A stretch of DNA of 57,358 nucleotides, counting the filler, from Bipalium vagum (lineage: Eukaryota), in assembly GCA_037834085.1 (NCBI GenBank). It is 3 parts of 3 records of this genome, joined end to end, with 100 filler letters (N's around TTAATTAATTAA, not from the genome) between each part and the next. Parts side by side here need not be neighbours in the genome. Positions count along the whole stretch, not along the records: positions 1 to 15,881 come from JBBMKC010140455.1; 2 more parts are not named here. The stretch is one strand, 5' to 3'. A program made the position numbers and the translations under genes. Of this stretch, positions 1 to 11,421 are shown one piece after another. The notes under the pieces are model-generated. The model did not search any database, was not told the DNA's origin, and worked only from the letters and a program-made list of their open reading frames with translations. How positions within the stretch are numbered: position 1 is the stretch's first letter; every line of letters begins with the position of its first letter.

Positions 1-240
1 CAAATAAAATTAACAGAAATGAGTCATTAAATAAAACAAGGTAATGTAGACTAACTGGAAATGCTGCTATATTGGACGAAAGGATAAAGGACGAACTGGT
101 TTTCAGTAGCCAGTTCTCACAATATTCCGATATCTTGTCCTATCGTTAAAGAAAAAGCATTAAAAGTGGCTAAAAGTTTATCACTCCATAATTTTAAAGC
201 TTCAAATGGATGGCTTAAAGCTTTTCGAAATATGCTTAGA
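1..240 (+). mobile_element. Tigger/pogo-type transposase fragment (CENP-B-type HTH)
   Basis: From 97: WFSVASSHNIPISCPIVKEKALKVAKSLSLHNFKASNGWLKAFR, the FKASNGWL..F motif of Tc5/Tigger/CENP-B HTH domains. Confidence 0.8.
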
Positions 241-352
241 GGACTCCGAATTTTTAAAGATTTACTTTTGTGGCCTGACGTAATCTCAACCGCGATTTCC
301 GATATAAAAACAGGTTTCAGTGACTTATTATTATGTTACTATTATACTAAAA

Positions 353-1512
353 TGTAGCAACGTGTGCTCGTCTGCTCGTGACTCCTCCCTTTGTGTAACT
401 CGTTGTGTTCGAAATCCCTCTCAACTCCTTTGAATCTAAAATACCCTCCATTATACAATATCCGCTCCCTCAATAACCAATTCGAAATATTTAAAATAAA
501 ACTTTATTTGTATTAACAATTACAAATATTAAATCTATCACAAAAGAAATGTTATTATGGATAAACTGAAATCTCGCTACAACTGAATTTAAATTTAATA
601 ATGATAATAATTTAATATTAAAATTGAAGAAAAAAAAACGAATAAAAATAATCAAAATTGATCTCACCGAGAGCTACAAGGGGTCCTCGGGTCACCCTCT
701 AGGCCCTTTCAGGTCGCCTAGGGGCTCCATAATTCGCGGGGTCCCCTTGTAAAAGAATCCGACTGCATAATTTTGGACATGGGTAAAACATTTACTGGGG
801 TCGTCCTCTTGATTCCTCCAACAGCGTCTCCTGAATTTTCCTTACAGCGTCCCCTGAAATTTTTGCAGTGTCTTCTGGAATTTTTGGCTCTGGAATTTTT
901 GCTCTGGAGTCTTTGCTTTGGAACCTTTGCTCTGGAATCTTTTGTTCTGGAATCTTTGCTCTGAAATTTTTTGGGTAACTTAACGGGAATAGCCGTCTCC
1001 TTTTATAGGCGTAGGGATTGGTCTACGACCACCGGAGACGACTATTGCTTCTCACTATCTCTACGCCGAGATAGTCTCCCTTCTGTCGAGGCTAATGGAT
1101 TCCTGTCAGGAATACATTAGCCTGATCAAAAAAATAATCCCCACGGCGGGATTTGTCATTTTAGAAATTATAAAAAAAATTCATTTTTCTTTCAAAGAAA
1201 AATTCCTATCATTAATTTTTTTTTCCAAAAACAAAATCCTTATTAATATTTTTCAAAAATCGCCATTATTATTATTACTATTAATCAGAAATTATTATTA
1301 TTATTATTATCGAAAACTTATTATTATTATTATTACTATTATTATTATTCAAAATTATTATTTTTCAAAACCCAACAATTATAATGATTATTAAAATACA
1401 TTTATGATTATTATTATCATTAATATTATTATTATTATTATAAAATTAGTATTTCATTATTAGTGACATTTTTATTATTGAACCTCCTTTTGTGATTTCC
1501 CAGAATCTAACA
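353..1512 (-). mobile_element. LTR-like non-coding element A (solo-LTR-like)
   Basis: TG...CA ends (tgtagc / ctaaca); on the minus strand TATA (CTATAAAA, 1001-1008), then a tandem repeat, then AATAAA (503-508); GC-richer than the flanks; left end approximate; no TSD found. Confidence 0.5.
820..968. repeat. Degenerate ~15-bp tandem repeat (ctctggaatctttg)
   Basis: Repeated (c/t)ctggaa(t)(c/t)tttg units, preceded by two cagcgtc(t/c)cctgaa(a)tttt units. Confidence 0.85.
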
Positions 1513-2559
1513 GACACTTCTTATTTAAATATCAGATAAACCGGAAATTAATCAATTATTAAGGACATTTAAATTTTATAAACCAACGTTGGCATGTGTT
1601 GGACTTCAAAATATTACCATATATTGCAGAAAATTTTTCTAGAAGGTGGAGCAAAACATCATACAATGTCTGAAGTGCATCTCATTGATTTTCAAAATTT
1701 TCACGTTTATCAAATAAAGTAAAATAAAATTAATTAATTTAAAAAATAAAATTGAACAGGCTGGGATTCATGATATATTAGGTAATTAAATTTAAATAAA
1801 CATATAAAGTAAACTCTTTCATTAGTTCAATCTTATTTATAGTTTTAATAAGAGGGATTGCATTAATTAGAAAATAACAAAGGAAATTACACAATTATAT
1901 ATTACTTAATACATGCATAAAATCATTAATCGATTTTCTTTTGATTCATAGAAAAAAGATAAAACTGCTGTTACGAAACACTTTAGAACCATATTAAAAC
2001 TTTCTTCTTATTCATTATTAATGATTTGAGATTTTTTCCACCACCAGAGTGACCGCTAATAGATAAAGACAGTGGTCATTACCGCATTACTTTTCTATTT
2101 CCATAGTTTCTGACCATATTCGAGATTAAGATGGGATATCAATAGCAAAGTGCTTTTCAACTAATCGGCCTGTATATTCTAGTGTACTTTACTAAGCCAG
2201 ATCAGCAGCAAACTTGAATACAATGAGACGTGGTATTGATGAAGCTTAGCGCACATAACATCCCGGTGTCTACAATTAGGATGAGAACACCGTTTTTTTT
2301 AAAAATTGTATTTGAATATAAAAAATTTCTACACATAATGTAGTACATTGTTTAATATATACAAATTTTTTTCGATAAAAACCGTCACATCAGTCTCTGT
2401 GGGCCGGTGTCCACCCTTCACCCACGAGCCAAAAGATTGCTGTCTAAAAATGAAAGAAAGTCTAGTTTTAGAGGCAAAGGACACTATCGAAATTAAAAAA
2501 TCTGGTTCTCATCTTAGTGGAGGACAACATACCTTTGCTTTAAGGCTAAAGGCTAAAAG

Positions 2560-2751
2560 GAAGCCTTTGGTATGAAAAATCAAAAGGCAGAAACAATAGC
2601 CAAAATATTTTTCGAAGAAATAGTATTTAGATACGGATCACCACGAAAGTCTTTGACAGATCTTCGCACTAATATTATGAGTGAGCTTATAAAAGAAATA
2701 TACTCCATGTTCGTAATATTAAAATTGAACACATCACCTTATTGACCTCAA
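2560..2751 (+). mobile_element. Gypsy-type LTR retrotransposon integrase (rve) fragment
   Basis: EAFGMKNQKAETIAKIFFEEIVFRYGSPRKSLTDLRTNIMSELIKEIYSMFVILKLNTSPY*PQ, i.e. the RYG.P..I.TD.G.NF and TSPYHPQ core motifs. Confidence 0.85.
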
Positions 2752-2756
2752 CATAG

Positions 2757-3165
2757 GAAACGTCTTTGAAGCTCATTTACATAAAATCTCCAACTATTTC
2801 ATTTCCATTTAAATCTATAATACCGTAAACTATTGGATTTGTAAAATAATTTCATTTAAAATAAAAATTTCATTTGTCAATTTTGCTGTATTTCCTTTTC
2901 AAATTTATTTTTGTATTTAAAAGTTCATAAGATCTCCAATATGAAATTTTGGTTTTAATGTTAAGGGATTAATATTTTCAAGATTCTTATCTTTTTCAAC
3001 TTTTAATTTCTCAGGATTTTTACTCGCTTCTGAATTTTGTTATTGTAAAAATTAATTAAGTGTGGTAAAAGATGTAACTATTTTCAGTTTTCTTGTTCTG
3101 TAAATTTTTGAACATTAATTGTTTAAGTTTTATTAAATCTTTTAATTGGACCTTCTTTTGAGAGG
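2757..3165 (-). mobile_element. Polinton/Maverick integrase C-terminal fragment (frameshifted)
   Basis: Across frameshifts: PIKRFNKT...LLPHLINFYNN...KPKFHIGDL / KYKNKFEK / GNTAKLTNEIFI / TNPIVYGIIDLNGNEIVGDF / YVNELQ, matching the Polinton integrase tail KF..GD.VRI.K.K..F.KGY...W..EIF....TNP..Y...D..GE.I.G.FY..ELQ. Confidence 0.8.
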
Positions 3166-3880
3166 TTTTTGATTAGGAAAGTGCTTATGAGCCTCATTAT
3201 GGTCCAACCATTGACTTGAACGTTGGCTGTTATCATAGAGGATCCATTTCTCATCACACGTCCAAATGCGATCGAGAAAGGGGTCATTATTGTTGCACAG
3301 GATAAGTGAGGATACCACGTCAAACAGATGAATTTTTAAGATTACGTCAATTAGCGCTGTACTCTTTCTTAAAGCGTTTTTATTTTTTCAAATTTTCTTC
3401 AAATATTGGACAACACATAGTTGATCAATCTTGAATTCTTCAGCGACTTCTGGCTTACTTTTAGATGGTTTATTTCGAATATTTTTTTCAATTGGTCGTC
3501 ATCAAGTTCCGATGGTCGTATCCTGTATTTTTCATCATCAAGGCTCTGATTACGACTAATAATTTCGGTGAGCCACCATCGTCCCAAACGTTCGTCAGTA
3601 GTATTTTGTCCAAAATCTATGTTGCCTCAGTTGCTTTTCAATCTAGTTCGAATTGAAATAAAAAAGTTCTCACAGCTGCTTCTTTTTCTTCCTTGCTAAG
3701 ATGATTAAAATAATAAGTTTAATGAACAACAATCATATCATATTTATTATAAAAATTTGTAGCAGATTCTAGGCTTTAAATTGAAACATTTACTTATACA
3801 ATTGAATTAAAAATTTATTAACATTTCAATGAAAAAATTAACCAATACGTAAACCGACATTTCTTTTGCAACAATCTTAT
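3165..3880 (-). mobile_element. mariner, 5' half, degenerate
   Basis: FGQNTTDERLGRWW...RPSELDDDQLK...NDPFLDRIWTCDEKWILYDN; TIR-like end at ~3853-3880. Confidence 0.85.
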
Positions 3881-5518
3881 GTAATAAGAAATAAAAATAA
3901 TAACAAGAAAACTCCTGAGGGACAATTGATTCTAGGGTGGTCCGCTTGGCTCCGTTCCGCGGCTTAGAAATTCCAAATTAATAATAGTATTTTTAAAAGC
4001 AACCAATGATGTTAACACAGTCTTATTTGTTGAGTAATTAATTATTAATTACAAATAAAGCCTGTGATCAATTAATAAACTATAATTAATGTTATTAATT
4101 TTTATTCATGAGATACTTCAAAAAACATTATTCTTTCAAAAACCATTCAAACATTTTTTTGATTTTCTTAACATAGAGTTTTTATTTTTAAAAGATAATA
4201 GAGGATTAGTATATTATTTTTATGAGAATAAAAAATTGAATAATAAAATAAAACCATCTTAATAAATGTTGTTTTAAATTTTAATAAAATATTTTATAAA
4301 TAAATATACTTACAAATTTGAATAAATTGTGAAAGAATAAGAGGTATTTTATTTTTGTATTTTAAATTTCGTTTACTACCATAAAGTTACAACCTCAGTT
4401 AAATAATTTAAATAATAAATGGTACTATTGTACAAAAAAAAACCCTGTATTATACACACTATATACACTATACTAAAATATACACACTCCTATAAGAGTT
4501 TGAAACATAACTTAAACAATTTTATTTCGTTCATATAAATGGGATTTTTGTTTATATAAATCAATGTACATTAACATGTTATAGTTTCTTAAAATCTGAG
4601 TAATTGTTTTGTATCAACTAAAGAAAGGTTAAGACACAAAAGAACATAACACAACTCTTTTTTATTCTCATTAGTTCTCAGATGAGAAAATCGACTTACG
4701 AATCAAAAAAGAATGAATTTTAAATAAAAGAATGGATAAAAAGATATGTACTTGATTTAAGAGTCTTATGGTGTTGACTGACCACCTGTATTTAATTAAT
4801 TTAAATTTGTTCGAATGTAAAGTGTACTCTCCGTGTGAAACACGATTTGGTTAATTTTTATGCGTGGTTTGATTTGCTTATTTAGTTTTGCAAATGGTAA
4901 CACGCTTCCAGATTTTAGGACTGATGTATCAGACTTTCAATTATCTTTTGTATGTCTTAATCAGAGGTCCTGGTAATTAGACTATTACTTAACTGCTACA
5001 AGGGAAGATTAAACCTGCATTAATACCCTTTTCAATAATGTCCACTGATCTACAATATTGCCAAACTTAATTAAATTTCAATCCCATAATCATTTTTCTT
5101 ATTCACTCAAAGTGCTTATTCCCTGTTCCTGTGTTTTAATTTGTTAAGAATGACCGCAACATTTTGAAAGTCTTTATGTACACAGTTTTTAAAATTTGAT
5201 ACACATTCCTTCTGCATGCTGATGTGTACCATCCTGAGCAATGGTAAATTTAGTTCAACTTTTTTTGAAGTATATTTCTTCGTACCGGATTTTGTTAATG
5301 TCTTCTAAAAATATAAAGTGATTAGTATAATCGAAAAAAAATTTACGATTAATCCTTTGTTTTACGATAAAACATAAACAGGAAATTAATGGTGTACTTC
5401 CACCTATTGAAATATTATTAAACTATGATAACGTATTTCTAATTTTATCCAACGATCATACTCAACAATCATTCCATTAATTTTTAAAAAATATTTTATG
5501 TTTATGTATACTTATATA

Positions 5519-6534
5519 TTGGGTATTCTAAAAAGTTCCCGCCGATTTCCTGAATAGGCAGCGAAAAAAGTCTCCAGATATTTATATTGATATTTTATTT
5601 GTTAAAATATTTCAATTATATAAGTTTAATAATCACAGCATTCAAATTGCTTTAAAAAGTGTTATATCTTATTAATAAATAAAAATTTATTTATATTCTG
5701 AAATGATCATAAATAATGAAGCTTAATATTTTATGAAATTTTATCTTATTAAATAAAATTAAAAATGCAATACAGGCTGCTAAAATAATTGGTGTGGTTT
5801 ATGATGCAGGTGTTGCATCTGATAGAACAGTTCATGAATGGTTCCATCGATTTCGCTCTGGAAATTTCGACATCAAAGACACACCTCGTTCTGTCCGCCA
5901 AACATGTCAAAAAGTCGATTAAATTATTCAGAAGGTGGAAAAAGACAGGCATATTGGTAGCCGTGAAAGCGAAGAAGACTTCGGTATTCAAACTGTTTTA
6001 AACAATTTACATTTGATGGGTTTACAAAGGAATCTTCTATCAAGAAATAATCCGAACAGGTCAAAATGTTGACTTTGTTCTCTACTGTCAACTAATAACT
6101 AGAGTACATCTGACAATTGCAATAAAGCGGACAGAATTGACCAATAGGAAATGCGTTGTGTTTCAGCACGACAACGCAAGGCCACGTGTATCTTTGATGA
6201 CTCAGAAAAATTGAGGGACATTAATTGAGAAGTTTTGATGCATTCTATATACAGTCCTGGTATTGCACCGATAGGCTCTCTTTTTTTTCGTTCACTACAG
6301 AACTTCCTTGATGGTGTAAAATGAAATTTAAAGGACAACACCGAAAACCACTTATCTCATTTTTATGGAAAACCAGAGAAGTTCTACGGTGGTGGAATTC
6401 TATCTTTACCAAAGAAATGGCAAGACATTGTCGACCAAGATTATGTATATCAAATTTAATAAAGTTCTGAAATTATCTTAATACTCTTACGTTTTTCATA
6501 CTGGTAAAGTGGGATAAATTTTTAGAAAACCGAA
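5519..6534 (+). mobile_element. mariner, internally deleted, with TIRs and TA TSD
   Basis: ta|ttgggtattctaaaaagt ... tttagaaaaccgaa|ta; WFHRFRSGNFDIKD, FQHDNARPRV, YSPGIAP. Confidence 0.9.
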
Positions 6535-8984
6535 TACTTTTGTTTCTTTATATTAATACTGTTGGATAATGGGTTGGATAAATCTTTTGCCCTTTCTGCA
6601 CTATGGCATTTCAAATATCCTATTTCCACAATTTTTTTCATTTTGTTGATTTTGAGATTCGATAAATTCTAAATTTGTGTGGTAGGATATTTGAATAGAA
6701 TAATTGTAGAAATCTTTTGCTATAAAAGACATTTTCCAGACTATTACTCTAATTAAAATTAACATATGCAACGTATATGTGCATTACTACTGTAATTGCG
6801 AAATGACTCTTTATCATTAATACCGTAACAAATCGTGGTAAAAGTAATCAATATTAACTACATAACTATCAAGTTCTCTTTAACATTCTTAAATCAATCG
6901 AAACTTGTTCTGAAAATAAGTAAGGCTTACATCTAATTTCCTCGGCATAGGACTATATTCTGAGTTACGTGAAAAATAAAATAAAAGGAACGTTAATTAT
7001 TATATGGGATTTGAAATTCATAGGTAATAAAATTTCGAAAGAAGGATTGCTGAAAGGATATTCTTATGTTTTCCACTTTGGTTGGGTATTTAATATTCTT
7101 ACAGAAAGAGACTTTTCTTCTTCTGGAAAAGTCTAAAACTTAATATTTTAAGAGGTTACAGTTTAGATTCCGGTTTTAATTTTCTTTCCCGTCTCTCTTC
7201 ATTCTGTCCATGTTGTTTGATCATGATTTTCATAGGGAAGAATTATGACTAAACTTCGCGTATGAAATAGAGTTTAATATTGAAAAAAGAGCTTATGGAA
7301 CCTAATAGCCTTGGCTTCTTAGGCTACAGTAGAATAGTGTCAACTATTAATGGTTGTGTAGGGAGAGCTGTGGATAAAATAAGGCGAAATTCATTGTTTT
7401 TCCACATTTACAGGTATATTTTGTAAGAAATAATAATAATATTTATATTATAAATAAGCATATCAAAATAATTATAAAACCCTCTTTTCGCCAGATCTTT
7501 CTCGTCGAGTTTGGTTGAATGTTTCTTGATGACTATTTAGTAATAGTCTGGAAATGGTTTTACTCATAACTGTTAAATTTTAAAAATGTATAGTAGTGAA
7601 GCCGAAAAACTGTAAATAATCATTTTTAAAAAGTAATTTCTTTCCCACACAGGAAATAATTATTTTTACAAGATTTTTTATTGAAATAGTTTTTGTCTTG
7701 AAAAAGGTAATGTTACTAATATGATAAAAATTATTAACCAACTTGTTGCTAAATTCTTCACTTATGGTGGTAACGTTCTAATCTAAACTAAATCATTCAC
7801 AAAAACAACACAAAAAAACTGTATCGATTCCACAATTATTACCATAAATATGTTGAGACTATATTCTATTTAAACTAATTATTTTTTATATTTATTTTAT
7901 AATGTGGTTTGCAGTAGTTATATAAATCCTTATTTTTATATAAAATTGCACAAAATTGTTAGAAATATAATTTTTATATTTTTAAAAAATAAAATCATGC
8001 AATGAAAAAGAAAAAATATGAAAATTAAGAGCAAGTAATTTTCTTAAAAAACACAATAAACAGGAATGTTAAAACACACAGATTTACATTATAAAACCCT
8101 CTATCTACATTATGTGAGATGCAATCGATTCTTTAATCCAATAATTTTTTAAAATAGAAATAAGATTTTTATAAATTTATGTCATTTAATTATTTATTTT
8201 TATCAAGGAAAATGAAAAAATATCCGTGTTTGGTGGTCGTCAGAAAAGGGAAAATCCTGTTTCCACTTGCACGAAACCACAAAAGTGCCCATTTGGGCCA
8301 AACAAAAATATTAAAATATTTTTCTAGATAAAAAATGAATATTTTATTATTATTATTTTATTTTATTATTATATTTTAAATATATTATAATTAATATTTA
8401 TTATTATATTAGAAACAAAGTTTGATGAGATCAGTTAATAATTGGCACACTGCTTTTAAACATTTAGTGAAATATAAATTGAAAGTGATAAGCTTTTTTT
8501 AAAGTCAGTATCATTTAATCATTATAAATAATTAGCCTAAAGATCTAGCTAATTTTCATATTAATATAAAGTTTTCCGAAAATTTTTCAAAAATCAAGTT
8601 ATAAAATTAAATAAAATCAATGTGAATCTAACTTATGTCATTGTTACTTCTATCCAAACATCTTTAAACATTTGACTTTTAATCATCGATTTTATTATTT
8701 TTATTAACTATTTATATATATTTAAATTTATTTTTTAAATATTATTTTATCAATGTATTCTCGTTAAGTTGTCTCGTATTATTAACTATGATAAGTGTTA
8801 AGCGTTATATGCATATATTAGTTTGAAGAAAAAGTATTTATTTTTCTTATAAACAAACTTTAAAGCAAAAATATATTAAGATTTCGATTACTATTTTTAT
8901 AATTATTGATTTATAATATTAGGATATGTTAGACTATTGAAACAAAACTTTATGGTTTTAGATTTGTTTGAATAATATAAACTC

Positions 8985-9240
8985 GATATAAAAGACAAAT
9001 AAAACGATGCCAATTCGAACATGTCTATTATATAAATTTAAATTAAAGAGAAATATATCAGAGGATGTACGCAATATTTCCCAAGTGTGGTGCAAAGATA
9101 CATTTAGGAAACGAGATGCTCTTTTTAGTATAAAAAGATTTCTTTTTGGAGATACGTATATTCAAGACAAGTGTCGTTCACAATGATTACTAAGCATTGA
9201 TAACAGTCATTTAAAAGTCCTTATCAAGTTTAATTTTCTT
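8985..9240 (+). mobile_element. mariner N-terminal HTH fragment
   Basis: IRTCLLYKFKLKRNISEDVRNISQVWCKD...RFLFGDTYIQDKCRS..IDNSHLKVLI. Confidence 0.7.
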
Positions 9241-10440
9241 TACGGGTGCTTTTAGAGATACTGTAACTTATTTATTAACGTTACACGTTTGGTAGTCGAT
9301 GGGTCCTATTATTCATTATGATTTCTTGGGATATGGTGATGTTGATGTTTTGGATATTTTCATCCCTACGGGGAAGGTCGGGCATTATCATGTAGGAACT
9401 TTGGATTACTTAATTCTGGTCGTTTTTAGCAATTCCATCTACAATTCGCTACAATTGTTGGCATGTATAACGGTTTCCATTTAGTTGTCTCCATCATAAC
9501 GACGCTTTTTCGACAGTAATGCCAATCTAATGCAGCCTGGACGTCTTTAGTATTGACCCACTCTTTTATTGCATTGATTGTTAATTTTCTGAGATAGTTA
9601 TCTTTGGAGTTTAACATATGATGTATTTTTACTATCGATTGTATATTATACTTATCAAAAGTTGAAAATAGGTCAATATCTCCACATTCTGTGGGTGAGT
9701 ATAGACATGCAGAAGTAGTGCAATTTGATTGTATTATCAATCCATTTGTGTTTGCCTTCTTAGACTGTCGTCTTTTCGGATAATTTTAGAAATGTTATTG
9801 TTGTTTTATAATTTTGAAAAGCAAAATTTAACTTCGGATGTGCGAATGTTTTGTAGGCTTTAATGGCTTGCAATGGGTGTAGGCCACTTCTTCTAATTTT
9901 ATTAAGAAGATCGATAATTTTATTATAAATTTCGAATGGATTGTTATTGATTTTATGCTTTCTGTCTACTCCTAAATATCTATATCTATCATTCTCATTT
10001 AGTATCTTAATTGGTACATTATCTATGTAAAGCGATTCTGATTTATCATTGGTAAAATCATGATCTATAGGATATAAAAACTTCATTTTCAGGAGATGAA
10101 GAGTAAAAACTTGAATTTGGAGATAACATTTTATCCGCAGAGGATATGGGATTAAAATCATTTAAACAGTTAATTTTATCACAGATTTTTGTTTTATCAC
10201 AGTATTTGCTTTCATCGGATTTAATATCACAGGTAGTTATATCACGATTATCATTAGCTTTTATTGATTCATGAATAATATTTTTGTCATCGGCAATATT
10301 ATAATATTTCGACTTTTCAATGACATGTTAAAAGCTTAATATAGCACATTTTGCCGGTTTGAATTTCATGTCTGCCCCAGTTATGGATTTATTGAGGATA
10401 TCAACCATAAGGTTACGTTCTCGTCTGGAATGGGTTTTAA
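9240..10440 (-). mobile_element. Non-LTR retrotransposon, RLE clade (NeSL/Utopia/R2-like), 5'-truncated RT C-terminus and thumb, degenerate
   Basis: GADMKFKPAKCAIL...YRYLGV...SGLHPLQAIKAYKTFAHPKLNF...LYSPTECGDIDL (cf. GL.F.P.KC, Y.YLG, S.L.PWQK......F..P.L.F, LY.P...GGLGL). Confidence 0.85.
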
Positions 10441-10589
10441 ATTTCTCTAAATCATTTATATTATGAAATTATAAAGGCAAAAATTTGAATTTTCACGCAG
10501 CGAACAAAAACAAATAACAATACATACAATAACAATTAAATTTCATTAAAGTTGATCATTGCCATTAGTTTATAATGATTTTTCTTTTC

Positions 10590-10676
10590 AGTCAATTTAG
10601 CTATTTTTTCAAGATATGTCTTTTCCAAATTTGCTATTTTTTCAAGATTTGTCTTTTCAGAATTTGCTATTTTTAT
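10590..10676. repeat. 33-bp tandem repeat (~2.5 copies)
   Basis: tttgctattttttcaagat(a/t)tgtcttttc(ca/ag)aa units; read on the minus strand as KIAN(S/L)EKT(N/Y)LE repeats. Confidence 0.8.
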
Positions 10677-10999
10677 TAGAAAATAAAAAATAATCATAGA
10701 CATAATCATAAGTACAATAATCATAATAATAATAACCACTTTAATTTTTAACTACTAGGACTTTGTGGATAAATGAGGACAGTAGAACAGTAGGAATATT
10801 TTTAAGCGTCATTAATTAGATGTTGAGGCATTTGGCTACCTTAAAAGAACGTAGAGTGTAAGATTGCAAAACATTCCGTATCCTGAAATTGAGGTTATGA
10901 GAATCTTGTAGACCCTCCAGAGAAGTCAAGCGTCTTTCTGGTTTGTGTTGATTATTTCTGATATATATGTTTGGATTTTTTATATGGGTTTGAAGACTC

Positions 11000-11330
11000 A
11001 ATTATCTGCCAATTTTTTATGTTCTCAATTTCATTCAAATGACACAAGCAAGCGGTGTGACTTACATAAAACTGTTTAGAAAACTCGCAGGATGTTATAT
11101 ATGGATATGCTTCTACATAGACTGGCAAATGGTCTTTGTCAATGAGTGACGGTCTACTGAACCTATGCGGTCCGACTACGAATGGTATCCTTTTCAAAGA
11201 TTTCATTGGTGAGTCGTTATTCATTAAAAATTAGCGTAAAATTGAAATCATACAACATATTCTGATTTTCATACGAGATGTTTTGATCGGTCATTATCAT
11301 ATTGTAAATAGCGCTTAAATATATTGAATA
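11000..11330 (-). mobile_element. mariner HTH fragment
   Basis: RFSRPSLIDKDHLPVYVEAYPYITSCEFSKQFYVSHTACLCHLNEIENIK corresponds to the RSGRP...VEADP..T.RELA....VSH.T...HL..IGK segment. Confidence 0.7.
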
Positions 11331-11350
11331 TTTAGGCAATACATATTCCA

Positions 11351-11379
11351 AATAAATAAATAAATAAATAAATAAATAA

Positions 11380-11403
<24 letters not shown>
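11351..11403. repeat. (AAAT)n(AT)n compound microsatellite
   Basis: Direct reading. Confidence 0.9.
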
Positions 11404-11410
<7 letters not shown>

Positions 11411-11421
11411 TTTATACCTAT

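Noticed and set aside
1095-1394. ORFs with poly-L/I/Y/N/T tracts (also 51204-51404 and 46826-47011)
   Set aside because: Read-through of (ATT)n/(AAT)n microsatellites or AT-rich low-complexity DNA.
3123-3323. ORF with TPFSIAFGR resembling an LTR integrase motif
   Set aside because: The alternative frame is clearly mariner (DPFLDRIWTCDEKWILYDN).
9372-9398. FLHDNARP mariner-like motif on the minus strand inside the non-LTR element
   Set aside because: No flanking mariner homology (no WEVL or YSPD segments); treated as coincidence.
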